Positions 1 through 11,500 of a DNA stretch of 20,000 nucleotides are shown one piece after another (position 1 is the first letter of the stretch; each line of letters starts with the position of its first letter). The translations under genes and the position numbers were made by a program. Source of the DNA: an uncultured virus (IMG/VR IMGVR_UViG_3300025120_000029) (lineage: Duplodnaviria; Heunggongvirae; Uroviricota; Caudoviricetes); the IMG/VR virus record IMGVR_UViG_3300025120_000029; one strand, written 5' to 3'. The notes beneath the pieces are model-generated. The model searched no databases, was not told the origin of the DNA, and was given only the letters and a program-made list of their open reading frames with translations.

Positions 1-2537
1 CTATTAACTACTGAGGCAGGACCATTTAGTTCAATTAATACTGCATTAATATTATTTATTAAATATCTTTGTGTAGCATTTAATTGTTCTATTAAACCTT
101 TGTTTTGTTTAAAGCTATACAAACCCTCAAAGGTTGTCATAAATCTATTAAAACCTAATACTTTATTAATAAAACCATCTTCTTTGACATTATCTGGATT
201 ACTAATATAATCTTTGTATTCTTTCATTTGTCTTAATGAATCCTGCAACAATGTTGTATATGTAGTAGATATATCTTTATTATTTTCTGGATCAATCAAT
301 GCTAGATCTATAATAGCTAAAGTATTATCTATTTGTTCTTTAGCTTCTGCACTACTTCTTTCCATGTAGATATTACTTTTTACTTTGTCTAACATTTCTT
401 GTTTAGTAACAATAGCTAATCTATAATCTTTGATTGCACCAAATACAGAACTTAAAGCTACATTTTCATATGGATCTACAACTTCTATGTCTTCCATTAA
501 TGCATCTTCTATTTCTTCTTTTCTTGAATCATATGCAATTCCATCAGTACCACCTTCGTCTAATTTTTGATCTAGCATTTCTCCTTCAACATTATAAACT
601 GTCTCAGGAATTAAATAGTCTACATTAATACCATTATCCATTTCATTATGCGGAACTGTACTTGTATATTCTAGTTTAGGGAGTGTAGATATATCATCAT
701 TTATTTGAATATTTATAGTTGATCTAGCAAATTTATCCATATCCACCTTATATCCCATGTTGGTAGCCATTCTAGCTATAAGATTTATCTGAATAGCATC
801 TTGTACTCTAAGAGGTAGCTCAGAAACATTATTATTTTTTAATCTGTTACCAGATGCTAATGGAACTAAGACATCTTCATATCCAGATGCTTGATCAGAA
901 TTAATTATATTAATTTTTATAATTTTTAAATTACCAAACTTATCAACTAATACTATATCTGCTTTTGCAGCAACATTAGTTTTAGGGTCAGAAAAAATAA
1001 CATTAGTTAATATAACATCACTATCATTTTTGATTGTTACAATATCAGCTTTAATGTTTTCAAATGCTGCTTGTGCTAATTCTTTGTCCAATGATAAACC
1101 TTCAGATATTTCTTCAAAAGTTTTATATGATGCCACTGCATCAACTATAGTACTAATATCATTTTTAATTGCTGTAGAAAACTTATCAGTTTTACCTATA
1201 ACCTCACCAGCTGATTGATATGCTTCTCTTGTATTTATATCATAAAAAGTATTATTGTCTTTGTTAAGAACCACTAGGTTGTTAATAAAGTTATTAGGTG
1301 TGTTAGCAGATAATGAATCTGATAAAGCAGCTGTTTCTTTTATATTATGAAACATTTCATTAATAACTGTTTTTTGTTGGTCTGTCCTAGAAGACTTCAA
1401 AGCTTGATTTACTAAACTTTGTTTTTCTGGTGTAAGATTATATCTTACTCTACCATTGATAGATTGACCTGTTTCAAAAGATATACCTGAAGTATTTAAT
1501 AACTTAGCTACGTCAGACAAAGTTAGATCAGATCTTATTGCTTGTACTGGTAATTTTCTACCAGTTATATATTGATTAAGGTTTTCAATTATATTTTTAA
1601 ACCACTTAAGCAATTCTTCTATACTATTTAAAAAAGACTGTGTAGGACTTTCTTCATACTCTTTATTAAAATGTCTTGACAAAGCTTGAGTAACTACTTC
1701 CATTTCCCTTTCCTCTGCAGTTATATTTCTTTTCTTATTATATGCATCTTCTATTTGTTGAGTCATCTCAGGAAACATACGTCTAGATTCATCTAATAAA
1801 GTTTCATACAATGGAATGTTATCTACCTTTACTGCCTCTATAAAAGGATGTAGCATTTCTTCAATTAGTATTTCATCAGTGACTCTACCTTTAATTAAAA
1901 TAGCATTATTAGCAACATAAAAAGAATTAACCTGTGAAAAAGGTACTTTAGCTTTTCTCCACTGTGGTAATAAATCATACTTCTTTTTTGCTTCTGTAGG
2001 TGTAAGTAATTGTACACTTACATCAGGAAACATCCTCATTAAATGTTTTACTACTTGCCTTGCTCTAGGGGTGTCCCAAGATCTTGATTGAGGAAGCATG
2101 TCTTTTGCTGTAAATAAATTACTATTAACTGACACTGCATATGTTTTAGGAGTCTTATCTATATTTAATGAGTCTGCTGGTAAATTATTAGCCTCTAAAT
2201 ATCTTTTTGCTCTTCTAACATTTGAATCTATTAATGAATCACTTATCTGTAATGTATCTTGATCAGTATTATTTATATAGTAAGAACCTTGATGACTATG
2301 AATAATCTTTTCTCTACTTAGATTATTTAATAAGGCTTGTCCAAATTCTTTTTGCTTTAAATTGTTTAAAGCTCTTTTATCTTTAACATATGAAGCAGCC
2401 TCTACTACAGTAGGAATTGCATCACTATCAGTTGATTCTTGCCAACTATTAATAACATTAGTAGTTATAAGATCTGTTTTATAAACTTCTAATAATGCTA
2501 TATACTCTGCCGTGTTTTTATTTGGACATTTTGCCAT
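1..2537 (-). CDS. Large virion cargo/ejection-type protein, 3'-truncated at the window edge (>845 aa), with degenerate zincin-like and degenerate PD-(D/E)xK-like domains
   Basis: Not in the ORF track because it has no stop inside the window. Manual translation from the ATG at 2537 is open to position 1: MAKCPNKNTAEYIALLEVYKTDLITTNVINSWQ...IEEMLHPF...AAKADIVLVDKFGNLKIIKIN...LNGPASVVN. It starts 2 nt after the TAG of the RNAP gene. A large protein next to the virion RNAP matches crAss-like gene order. Confidence 0.9.
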   Translation of the reverse strand, partial: MAKCPNKNTAEYIALLEVYKTDLITTNVINSWQESTDSDAIPTVVEAASYVKDKRALNNLKQKEFGQALLNNLSREKIIHSHQGSYYINNTDQDTLQISDSLIDSNVRRAKRYLEANNLPADSLNIDKTPKTYAVSVNSNLFTAKDMLPQSRSWDTPRARQVVKHLMRMFPDVSVQLLTPTEAKKKYDLLPQWRKAKVPFSQVNSFYVANNAILIKGRVTDEILIEEMLHPFIEAVKVDNIPLYETLLDESRRMFPEMTQQIEDAYNKKRNITAEEREMEVVTQALSRHFNKEYEESPTQSFLNSIEELLKWFKNIIENLNQYITGRKLPVQAIRSDLTLSDVAKLLNTSGISFETGQSINGRVRYNLTPEKQSLVNQALKSSRTDQQKTVINEMFHNIKETAALSDSLSANTPNNFINNLVVLNKDNNTFYDINTREAYQSAGEVIGKTDKFSTAIKNDISTIVDAVASYKTFEEISEGLSLDKELAQAAFENIKADIVTIKNDSDVILTNVIFSDPKTNVAAKADIVLVDKFGNLKIIKINIINSDQASGYEDVLVPLASGNRLKNNNVSELPLRVQDAIQINLIARMATNMGYKVDMDKFARSTINIQINDDISTLPKLEYTSTVPHNEMDNGINVDYLIPETVYNVEGEMLDQKLDEGGTDGIAYDSRKEEIEDALMEDIEVVDPYENVALSSVFGAIKDYRLAIVTKQEMLDKVKSNIYMERSSAEAKEQIDNTLAIIDLALIDPENNKDISTTYTTLLQDSLRQMKEYKDYISNPDNVKEDGFINKVLGFNRFMTTFEGLYSFKQNKGLIEQLNATQRYLINNINAVLIELNGPASVVN
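740..1280 (-). other. Degenerate PD-(D/E)xK (RecB/lambda-exonuclease/Cas4-like) nuclease-fold domain within the 1..2537 CDS
   Basis: Ordered motifs: NTFYD...YQSAGEVI, VILTNVIF, AAKADIVLVDKFGNLKIIKIN (cf. GxxDhhhxxxxGxhxIhD(F/Y)K), then QINLIARMATNMGY (cf. QLxxY...G). Several catalytic positions are substituted. Confidence 0.6.
1570..1960 (-). other. Zincin-like domain with variant motif EEMLH (HExxH-like) within the 1..2537 CDS
   Basis: NSFYVANNAILIKGRVTDEILIEEMLHPF (EEMLH at 1848-1862, aa 226-230), followed by EREMEVVTQAL and the amphipathic helix SFLNSIEELLKWFKNII. This layout mirrors the HEAFH domain of the RNAP protein. Confidence 0.55.
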
Positions 2538-2539
2538 AA

Positions 2540-5500
2540 CTATAAATTACATTTTTTAATTTGATCAATTAATTCTTGTGGGCTACCCCACATAGAGTTA
2601 GGATTCCTATCATACAAATCTAATAAATCTTCTAAACTATTAATATTATTTTCTCTTTTAAAGTTTTTAACCTCTGTACTAAATGAACCATCTTCTATAT
2701 TGCTATCCCAAAACTCTGTTATTTCAGGATGACTAATAAAAGGATCAAACATATCTAACTGACCTATCAACTCCTGTCTATTCTCACTAATAGGAAGCTC
2801 TTCTACTTCTAATATACCTAGTTCTTCAGAAGTAATATTGTCTGTTGCCTCTGCAATTGATGCCGCAATAGCATCTAATTCTGCAGTGTCTACTATATTT
2901 ACACTATCTATAATTACTGATTCGTCTGTTACATCCAGATTAATAGATTGATTACGGAATATTTGTGGTACAGTTTTACTTGTATCTTCTGTTTCTTTAA
3001 CAACCTCTGGTGTGCTTTTTGATACTTCAGGTTTCTCCATCATTTGTTTTAGAGTAGGTCTATTACCAAACATAAATCCTGCACCAAACTGTAAAGGAGA
3101 ACCTATCAAATCAACTGATGTTTTTTCTTGATCATTTCTTTGATATATAGTTGATTCTATACCGGTCTGACGGTCTATAGTATCCATCCTTTTTATTGCA
3201 ATTGAATCAGTTTCAGAATTAAACTTTCTTGGTAATAACTTAGCATTAGATGCAGATAGCAAATAGTTTTCTACAAAAGATGTCGTACCTCCAGCATCTG
3301 TAAATTCTTTAGATCTTAAATATTTTTCTGTAGAATTAATTTCAGATAAATAGTCTTCTAGAACATACGGGCTAATTGATTCTAATAAACCACCCGGTGC
3401 TAATTGTAAACCATCTTTAACCATAATATAATTTATAACAGTTTTTGCAAATTGTCTTGTATCAGGGTTATTGTATAATTTATTAAATGAGGTTTGTAGA
3501 TCATATTTTTGTAATCTATTTAGCTTTCTCCATGTGTTTGCTTGAGCTAGATACAAACCTGATCTATTACCCTTATCAGTTGGTTTGTATGTTGTAACAA
3601 AATCAAATAAAAAGAAATTGCCAGGATCACTTATTCTAAGTTGTTCTACTGCATGCCATACATTACCTTGTTCATTATCTTGTCCTGGATATAGTATACC
3701 GTTACTTAAAGGATTATTTTTATCTATATTTTGATATGCACTTAATGTGACAAATGCTAATACATCTTTTTTAACTTTTGTTCTAACGGCCTCACTATTC
3801 TTATATAAGTTTGTATCTAATCTTCCAACTAATTCTGATGTAATTCTTTTTACACCTGGTGTCTGTGATAAAAACATCTTTGGTAAAATATTTACATTTA
3901 TGTCTGATAGTTGTTCAGATAATCCAGATAGATATGAACTACTCAACATATTTCTTACCTTTATAAAATAAGGATTTTTTATAAAATCATTTATGCTTTC
4001 TACCCTTTGAGAAATACTATCAATGTTTTTTCCTAATCCATTGTTAAGACTTACTAGACTATTTAATTTAACCGTAAAATTAGATATAGTAATTACTTTT
4101 GCAAAAACCTGTAAGGCCCCTTGTAATTCAAGTACTTCTAAATTATCAGCTACTCCTCTTTCTAAAGCATCTTTATCAGGAACTATACCCTTTACTATTT
4201 TTCCTTTATCATCTCTTTCTATTAGATCATTTATTCTATCTCCAATAGAAGGAGATATACCATCACTATTATCAATTTGTCTATATATATCTTGTATAAT
4301 TTTTTGATTTAAAAGTAGTATAGAAGTTTCTAACGGAACACCAAGTTGAATCATATTTGATAACATACGTGTAGCATGAGCGTTCAAACCTAACTTACTT
4401 ACCAAAAACTCTTTAGCATTGTCTGTCATAGCAACTATTAGAGAAGACATTAAATCTTGTTTTCTCATTCCGTTTTCATTTAAAGTTCCACCAAAAGACT
4501 TATACTCTTTACCATCAAGCTCAAACTTTAAAGTACCTAAACCTATTTTATATTCTTTAAATAAAGACAAATATAAATTTGGTGAAACTACTGAACCAAT
4601 TGAAGCACCCTTATTGTTTGTAAAAGCAACAGTTTGTCCAGTAAGGGTATCTATATCTTTACCTGCTTGGTTAGTTCTTTCTGAAAAACCAGGTAATTTT
4701 CTAACACTCTCCCAAACATTCTTTAATAAATCTAAGTTAGACGGTCTATAAGCTATTGGATATGTACCTGATGTTAAATAATCATTACTTACTAATTGAC
4801 GTTTATAATCTACTAGTTTATTGCTTACAGGTGCTTCATAAGGAGCCTGCTTATTATCTTTTACAAATTGATTAAACTCACTTTGAGTAATAGGCATACC
4901 TAATACTTTTAAAGCACCAACAGCATTCTTACTAAAGCCAGCATTTTCAGCAGGTGTTTGATCTATATCAACTAATGAATCAGATATTATAACACCTTGT
5001 AGTTTATATAATTTTATAGCTTCAGAATATTGGTTTCCTGTTTCATTAACCTTTTTGTTTACATAATTAATATAACTAGAATAATTATTTTCATATGCTT
5101 TAAACTCACCTTTCTCTACATAAAACTCCTTCATGTGTATGTATGCTTGATCTATATCAAAATCTGCACCAGACACTTCTATAAGTTCATTTGAAAACAT
5201 TGCTGAACCTCCCATGAAGTTGGGTAAAAAATCTACAACCTTTACATTAAAGGCAGAATGATAGTCTTCACTAGGTATACGTACAGCATACATCTCACTA
5301 ACTACATCAGGTATAGTATTTTTATATCTTCTATATTTACTCTTATAAGCCAATAAGTCATTTACTTCTTTTGATTGAGGAGGCATAATTGCTTCAGAAT
5401 ATCTTTGACCTTGATATTCACCACCTTTATATTCTTTTAAGTTATATCTTAAACGGTCTACTATAATAACACCTTCAGCTGGTAAAGGATCACCAGTGTT

Positions 5501-8500
5501 TAATTCTTCAAGGCTTCTATTATCTAATGTAAAGTTTCCATTAAGAAATTCATTTTCTCTTATTACTTCTTGTCTATCAGGAGTAACTTTACCATTAAAG
5601 GTTTCTATACTAAATACTCTTCTGTATACATTCTTTCCTAATGATGATACTAATGCAACACTAGTTCCATTTACTTTTTCTTGAAAAACACCTTGACTAA
5701 AGTATGTCAAGAACAGCTGTTCATATTTACTTATAGTATAAGGGTTATCTAAATTATATTTAAGTTGATTGTTTTCATCAGAACTAAAAAATTCAATTAG
5801 ATTACTAGTTGATTGACCAGCCTGTAAAGAATTAACTGCATACTTAGAAAACAATACTAAGTTAGGACTTACTATCTTATTTAATTTTGATGCATCTATT
5901 TCTGATCTTACATCTTCTACATTAAATGTTAATTTAACTTTAGCATTATACTTTAATCTTGATCTATATTTTAAATCATTATTATAGTTTATAATTGTTT
6001 GTTGAATATCCTTATTTCTAGGATCTTGTTCAGATGTGTTTAGAGTTTTCATCTGACTTTGTAAAGTAATCTGTTTTTTATTTGATGGATTAATTTGTTG
6101 TAAGCCAAAGTACTTAGCATAAATAGTTGTGGCATTGTTTGTAAAACCACTAGGTTGACCATTTAAATCACTAATAGGATTTAAATTTTGTTTCATCATT
6201 TTTAGTGCTGATTCAGGTGCTGCTATACTTACAGTTTGATTTTCTTTATCTAATTCTTCTAAGTTGACTCTTAAGTTGTGTAGTTTTTCTTGACCTGGCT
6301 TAGCAACCCACATATCATCAGAGTTCTGCATAGATGTTAACTCTTTGGTTAAAGTAGTATAAGACATCTTTATATATGTTTCACCATCAAAATACGCATA
6401 CTTTTTAGAATTTAACATGTTGCCTTGAGATATAAGCTCACCAATCTCTTCCCATTGTAGAACTTCTCCTTGTTCAATTTTATTTAATGCAGCAGCTAAT
6501 GCTGGTGTCATTTCACCAATACCAAATTGAAAATGTCTAGTGGCTTTTACAGTACCATATACTTGTGCATCTGCAATCTGAATAGAATTTGAACTTAATC
6601 CAGACATTAATGTTGGCTCATTAAAAGCAACTAAATTTATTTTGTTTGTCTCATGCATTACCCCCAAACGTGGGTCAGTTAAATATGTTTCAGCAGGTAT
6701 AAAAGAGTTATTATTACCCTTTGCTCTTTTACTTTTATCAGTAAAGTCTTTTAAAACTTTAGCTTGATCACTTAAATAAAGCTCATTTAATGATTTAACA
6801 TTTAAGTAATTATTAAAAAACACTTGTTTAAGGTTATAAATAGGATCCATGTCAATTAGATTATACATAGCTGCAGTTGACTTAGCAGCTTCTTTAACAG
6901 CTCCAGTAGTACCTCTACTTATACCACGTACAATTTTCTTATCTATTCTATTTCTAACGTTTAGTGTATCTATTAAGTTATCAAACTCATTAAACTTACT
7001 ATCTAAGTTGGCTTCTAATTGTTTCTTAAATGACTTTTTATTTAGCTTAGCTGCTCTTAAAGCTTGTTCAAATGCAGCTGGCTCTTCTGAAAGTGCTTCT
7101 TTTATTAGCCCGCTTCTAGTATCTATATTTAAAAGTGTCTCATTATTGGCAAATGTTTTTGATCTAAACTCTCCAGTGTTATACCCTTCTATTACATCAG
7201 TAGTTCTATTTGGACCATTCTCTCTTACTATTCTATTGTACTCATTCTCAACAAAATTATAAAAGGCCTCTAATACTTCATCAGTAATAACGTCTCTTCC
7301 TTGTATTTTTTCTACTGCTTTTATAATAGGTAAAGTTGTTTGATCACCTGTATTTGAAGACTCCATAACTCTAATTAAATTTGGAGATATAGCAAATCTA
7401 CTATCTGTACCATTTACAGGATTCTTAACCAGTACAGATTTCAAAGGTTTTCTATTAAGAGAATTGTAAAAAGCTAAATAGTTGTTTATGTTAGTAACTA
7501 AAAATTCAGCAGGAGTATATTTCCCATAGTCTGTACTCTTTAATGTTAAACTAGATTTTACATCTAAGTCAGCAGATAAACTTCTTAAAACTTTTGTGCC
7601 AGATATTCTAGATATCTTTACTTGATTATTGTCTGCTAAAGCATTAAATGCAGGTGAGTTCAATAAAAAGTTATTACTTAAATAATCATCCTGTAATAAT
7701 CTTGCCCTCTCACTTGCAGAGTTTAATGCTCTTGTCTTTCTTAAATTAAATGTTGGTTGTTGATGTGAATTAACTAAATCATTATTTGAATTCTTAAATA
7801 CTGTAGCTCCAATTGTTTCATCAAATGATGCATTACCTAAAGCTAATTTTTTTAATTTGCTTTCTGCTCCCTCAGGTGAAAATAAATCTACTCCTTCTTT
7901 AATCAACTCAAAAAACACCTCTATATCATTAAGTGTCATTGGTTGTACATCAGGATGAAAAGATAGCAATTGTTCTTGTGCTTTAGTAAGATTCTCTCTT
8001 GCCATAAGCCTACTATAAGACATATAACCTGGACTAATAGAAATACCTAAATTATCAAATAAAAGTTTAGATAATTTTCTAGATCGTTCATTTAATGCAT
8101 TGTTTCTTATTGTAGTTTTTTTAGGTCTTAACTCTGTTTGTAATGTAACAAGTGCTTTTAATGCATCCTTTCTTATATTTAAATCATCTTGCCATAACTG
8201 TAGCTTAGATGAATATCCTTCTGACCATGAGTCTAATTGATTATTAGAATCATCTCTTTGAGATGCTGAATGAACAATTGAATTACCCAACATATCTCTT
8301 TGAGTAAAAAACCACTCTACTCTAAAGTTTGTAAATGAATTAAGTACTTTAATCAAAAAGTTTGGGTTAGTAATACCTTCAGGAAACTGTTCAAAAGTAA
8401 AGTCTTCTGTATAACTCTCTGGCATATTAATACCTGAGTTTTCAAATATTTGGTTTACAACAGCTTCAGTCTGTGGATTAGTTTGTGAAAAAGCATACAT

Positions 8501-11500
8501 AGCTTGTAGCATTTCTACTGGATCCTCAAGACCTTCTAATGATTTAAGCATTCCATTGTATACTACATTAGCATTAACAGGTACTGTAATAGGCGTACCA
8601 TTAACTAAAGTAGTATTACCAAAATAATCCTTTTCAATATATGTTACTGTTCCTATGTACTTTCTTACTGCAGCAGGTAAATTATCTAAACCACCACTAA
8701 GATATGTTTCTTTACCATACTGCTGTACAGTTCTTAAACCTTCATTATCTATAAACTCATCATTTCTTTCTACTTGTTGTGCTGACTGTAGATCTATTAT
8801 ATCTAATACGTCTGTAACAGATTGTTTTATTTGAGGAATAAAATCTTCAAATGCTGCTGTAAGCAACTTAAGCATGTCATGCTCTTTGCTTCCTTCTAAA
8901 AATTGTGAGTTAGCATTACTAAATACATCATATGTCTCAGCAAACTCATCAACTATAACATCTAGTTCTTCATCTTGATTGAACTTTAGCTTTTCTTCTG
9001 TAGGTATAAAATTAAATTTTCTATCTATTAACACTCCTGCCATAGAAGATATTATACCATTTGCTACAAAGCTTGGTACATATAGCTCACCTATACCAGC
9101 ATTTCTATCTACCATTTGATATGGTATAAGTTTGTTAGCTTCAACAGATGATCCTAAAGTAGTAAACTCATTTGTTGCTATAGGAGCAGATTGAAATTTA
9201 CCTCCATCTATGTTTTCAAATAATGAAGTTAGTTCATTTTTATAGAATTGATTTAGTACTCCTTTAATCCAATCTAATATTTTTGTAAACAAAGATTTTA
9301 CTTCTGAAGAAGTCTTAGTGTTTTTTGGTCCAGTTTTAAACAGCTCAAACTGATCTGCCATATATTCTTCAAAGTATTCTCTTTCTAATCTCTCTTGACT
9401 CATATTAGTATATGTATCAGCAGAGTTTCTAAATTTTTGTAATTCAGATGCTAGACTTTTTCCTTCCTTTCTTAGGTTGGCTCTTTGTTCTTTTCTGGCT
9501 ATTCTTAAATACTTAGCTTGTTCTTGTGGCGTAAGTATCATTCTGTATACACCGTGGAAAGCCTCATGATATCTAAATGGACTATTTGCTCCTGTGTATA
9601 TAGTTCCTGAAACATCAAGTCCACCAGCTATATCATTTATGTTTAAAACAAATGATCCTACACGTGTACCTGTAGTTATTAAATTACTTCTTAGTGTAGC
9701 TATATCAGCTATACCTATATAATCAGGTAATGTTTGTGAAGCCCATACAGAAAAAGAATCAATACTTTCTACATCAGTAGAGTTAAAAGATCCTTTAACA
9801 ATCTTATTAGCACCTCTTAGTTCATCTCTTTTCTTAAATAAATCTTGTAGTTCCTTGTTTTCTTTATATGCTTGTCTTAATCTCTTCCTATTTGTAGGAC
9901 CGTACTGATCTTCTAATTGAGCTTTTAATATGCTTATCTTAGTTAAAATAGAATTTAAATCACTTACCTCTTCTAAAACTTCTACCTCTTCTGCTATATC
10001 TGGTAATACTTCTACATTCTCTGGTGCACTTTCTTCTATTAAAGGTGTGACAGATATGTTACCTTTAGATAACTCTCTTCCAATTGATTTAGGATTAGCT
10101 GTTGTTAAAAGTCTAAATCCTTTTCTTAATTGATTAGGGTCTATAGCTGTTTCCAAGTCTACTAAGAAATCAGTTATACTTGCGTCTTCTGCTATAGATG
10201 TTGTAAAGTTTTTTAAAGATATTGTACCCTCTCCTAAATTTTCATCTCCATTAATTTTATCTAACAAAAGTTGTATTAAATCTTGTGGTGATTTTCTTGT
10301 TTCTTCTGCAACACCTAGATTAAGATCTGCCGGATATAAATATTGTGTCTTTCCTGTCTGCTTATATAATGCACCACCTAATGTTCTGTTTTCATTAGCT
10401 ATAGCATCTTTAACTCTCATTCTAATATTACCATACTGATCTACATCTAAAAATACTTTTCTTTTAGATCCAGGTTTGCTTGTTATAAATATTTTACTTA
10501 AAGTTTCTTTATTAAACTCTTCATTAAAGTTTATGTCTTTTGGTTTTTTATCTTTATCAAGATTGCTTTCTACAGTTGTCTGAGCTCTATTGATAAGTCT
10601 TAAAAGTTCTATGTCTAAGTCTACTTTCTGTTGTAATTTTGGTTTTGAAGTAACAACTGAATAAACTCCATTAGGCTGCTTAAGAACAACCATATATCTA
10701 TTAGTTCCGCCCTCTACACTTTGTTTCCATAAGCCGTTTCTTTTTAATGCAGCTTCAGTCTCTTCTCTTAACACATCTAATGCATCACCTTCTAAATTAC
10801 TAATAACTTTTGGTGCTGAATTATTTCCTCCTACACTAATATCATATATTAAATAGTTACCTAAACCATCAGAACTATATTTTAAATCTTTTAATGAAGT
10901 AAAAGTATTTGGTGATGTATAGTTATCATAACCCTCAAATAAATTTATTCTTATTCCATCTGGTAATTCACCAAATATAGCCTCTCCTCTACCATCTTGA
11001 TTAGCTAGTTTTTGTATTGCTTGATTTAAAACTGCAGCCTTAGCAAAATTTTCTTGTATATATTGTAGAGTCTGCACACCAGGTGATAAATTAGATTGAG
11101 AATCTATTTCCACTCCAGTTAAGTCTTTATCAAATTTAATTACACTCTTCATAAACTCTACATCAAAGTCATGTGGCATAACTGCTTTTCCATCTTTATC
11201 AAAAAAACTGAATCTTTGACTTGGTAAATATGCAAATACATTATTAGCTGATTCTTCTAGTCTAGTTATATCAGGATTTGTATCATATAAGTTATTGATC
11301 TTATCTATAACATTAACATCAATAACTTGTATTCCTATATTATAACTATTAGTATTCTCTTTTATATAAGGATTAGGTTTTAATCCATCAGCAGGTATTA
11401 CATAATTTTTTGATGGTGATTGTGTTACTGGTGTTATAAATAAATTTAATCCATTTAGTTCTTCTGTAGTTAAATTACTAATAATTAAATCTGTTCTTTC

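Noticed and set aside
434..1218. Plus-strand ORFs 434..628 and 1030..1218
   Set aside because: Short antisense shadows lying within the long minus-strand CDS 1..2537, with non-ATG starts and a composition typical of reverse-frame artefacts.
1765..2040. Short peptide repeat RMFPD / RMFPE in the downstream protein
   Set aside because: Only two short copies with no wider periodicity, so it cannot be distinguished from chance.
2490..2545. TAG read-through fusing the RNAP to the downstream protein
   Set aside because: The downstream ATG is in a different frame (TAG-TT-ATG), and the read-through frame meets another TAG after 13 sense codons. I see no convincing frameshift signal.
3747..10133. Plus-strand ORFs 3747..3971, 4023..4307, 4419..4751, 5496..5684, 6849..7262 and 9930..10133
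   Set aside because: All are antisense to the vRNAP gene. They are Ser/Leu/Phe-rich mirror translations expected from its codon bias and carry no motifs.
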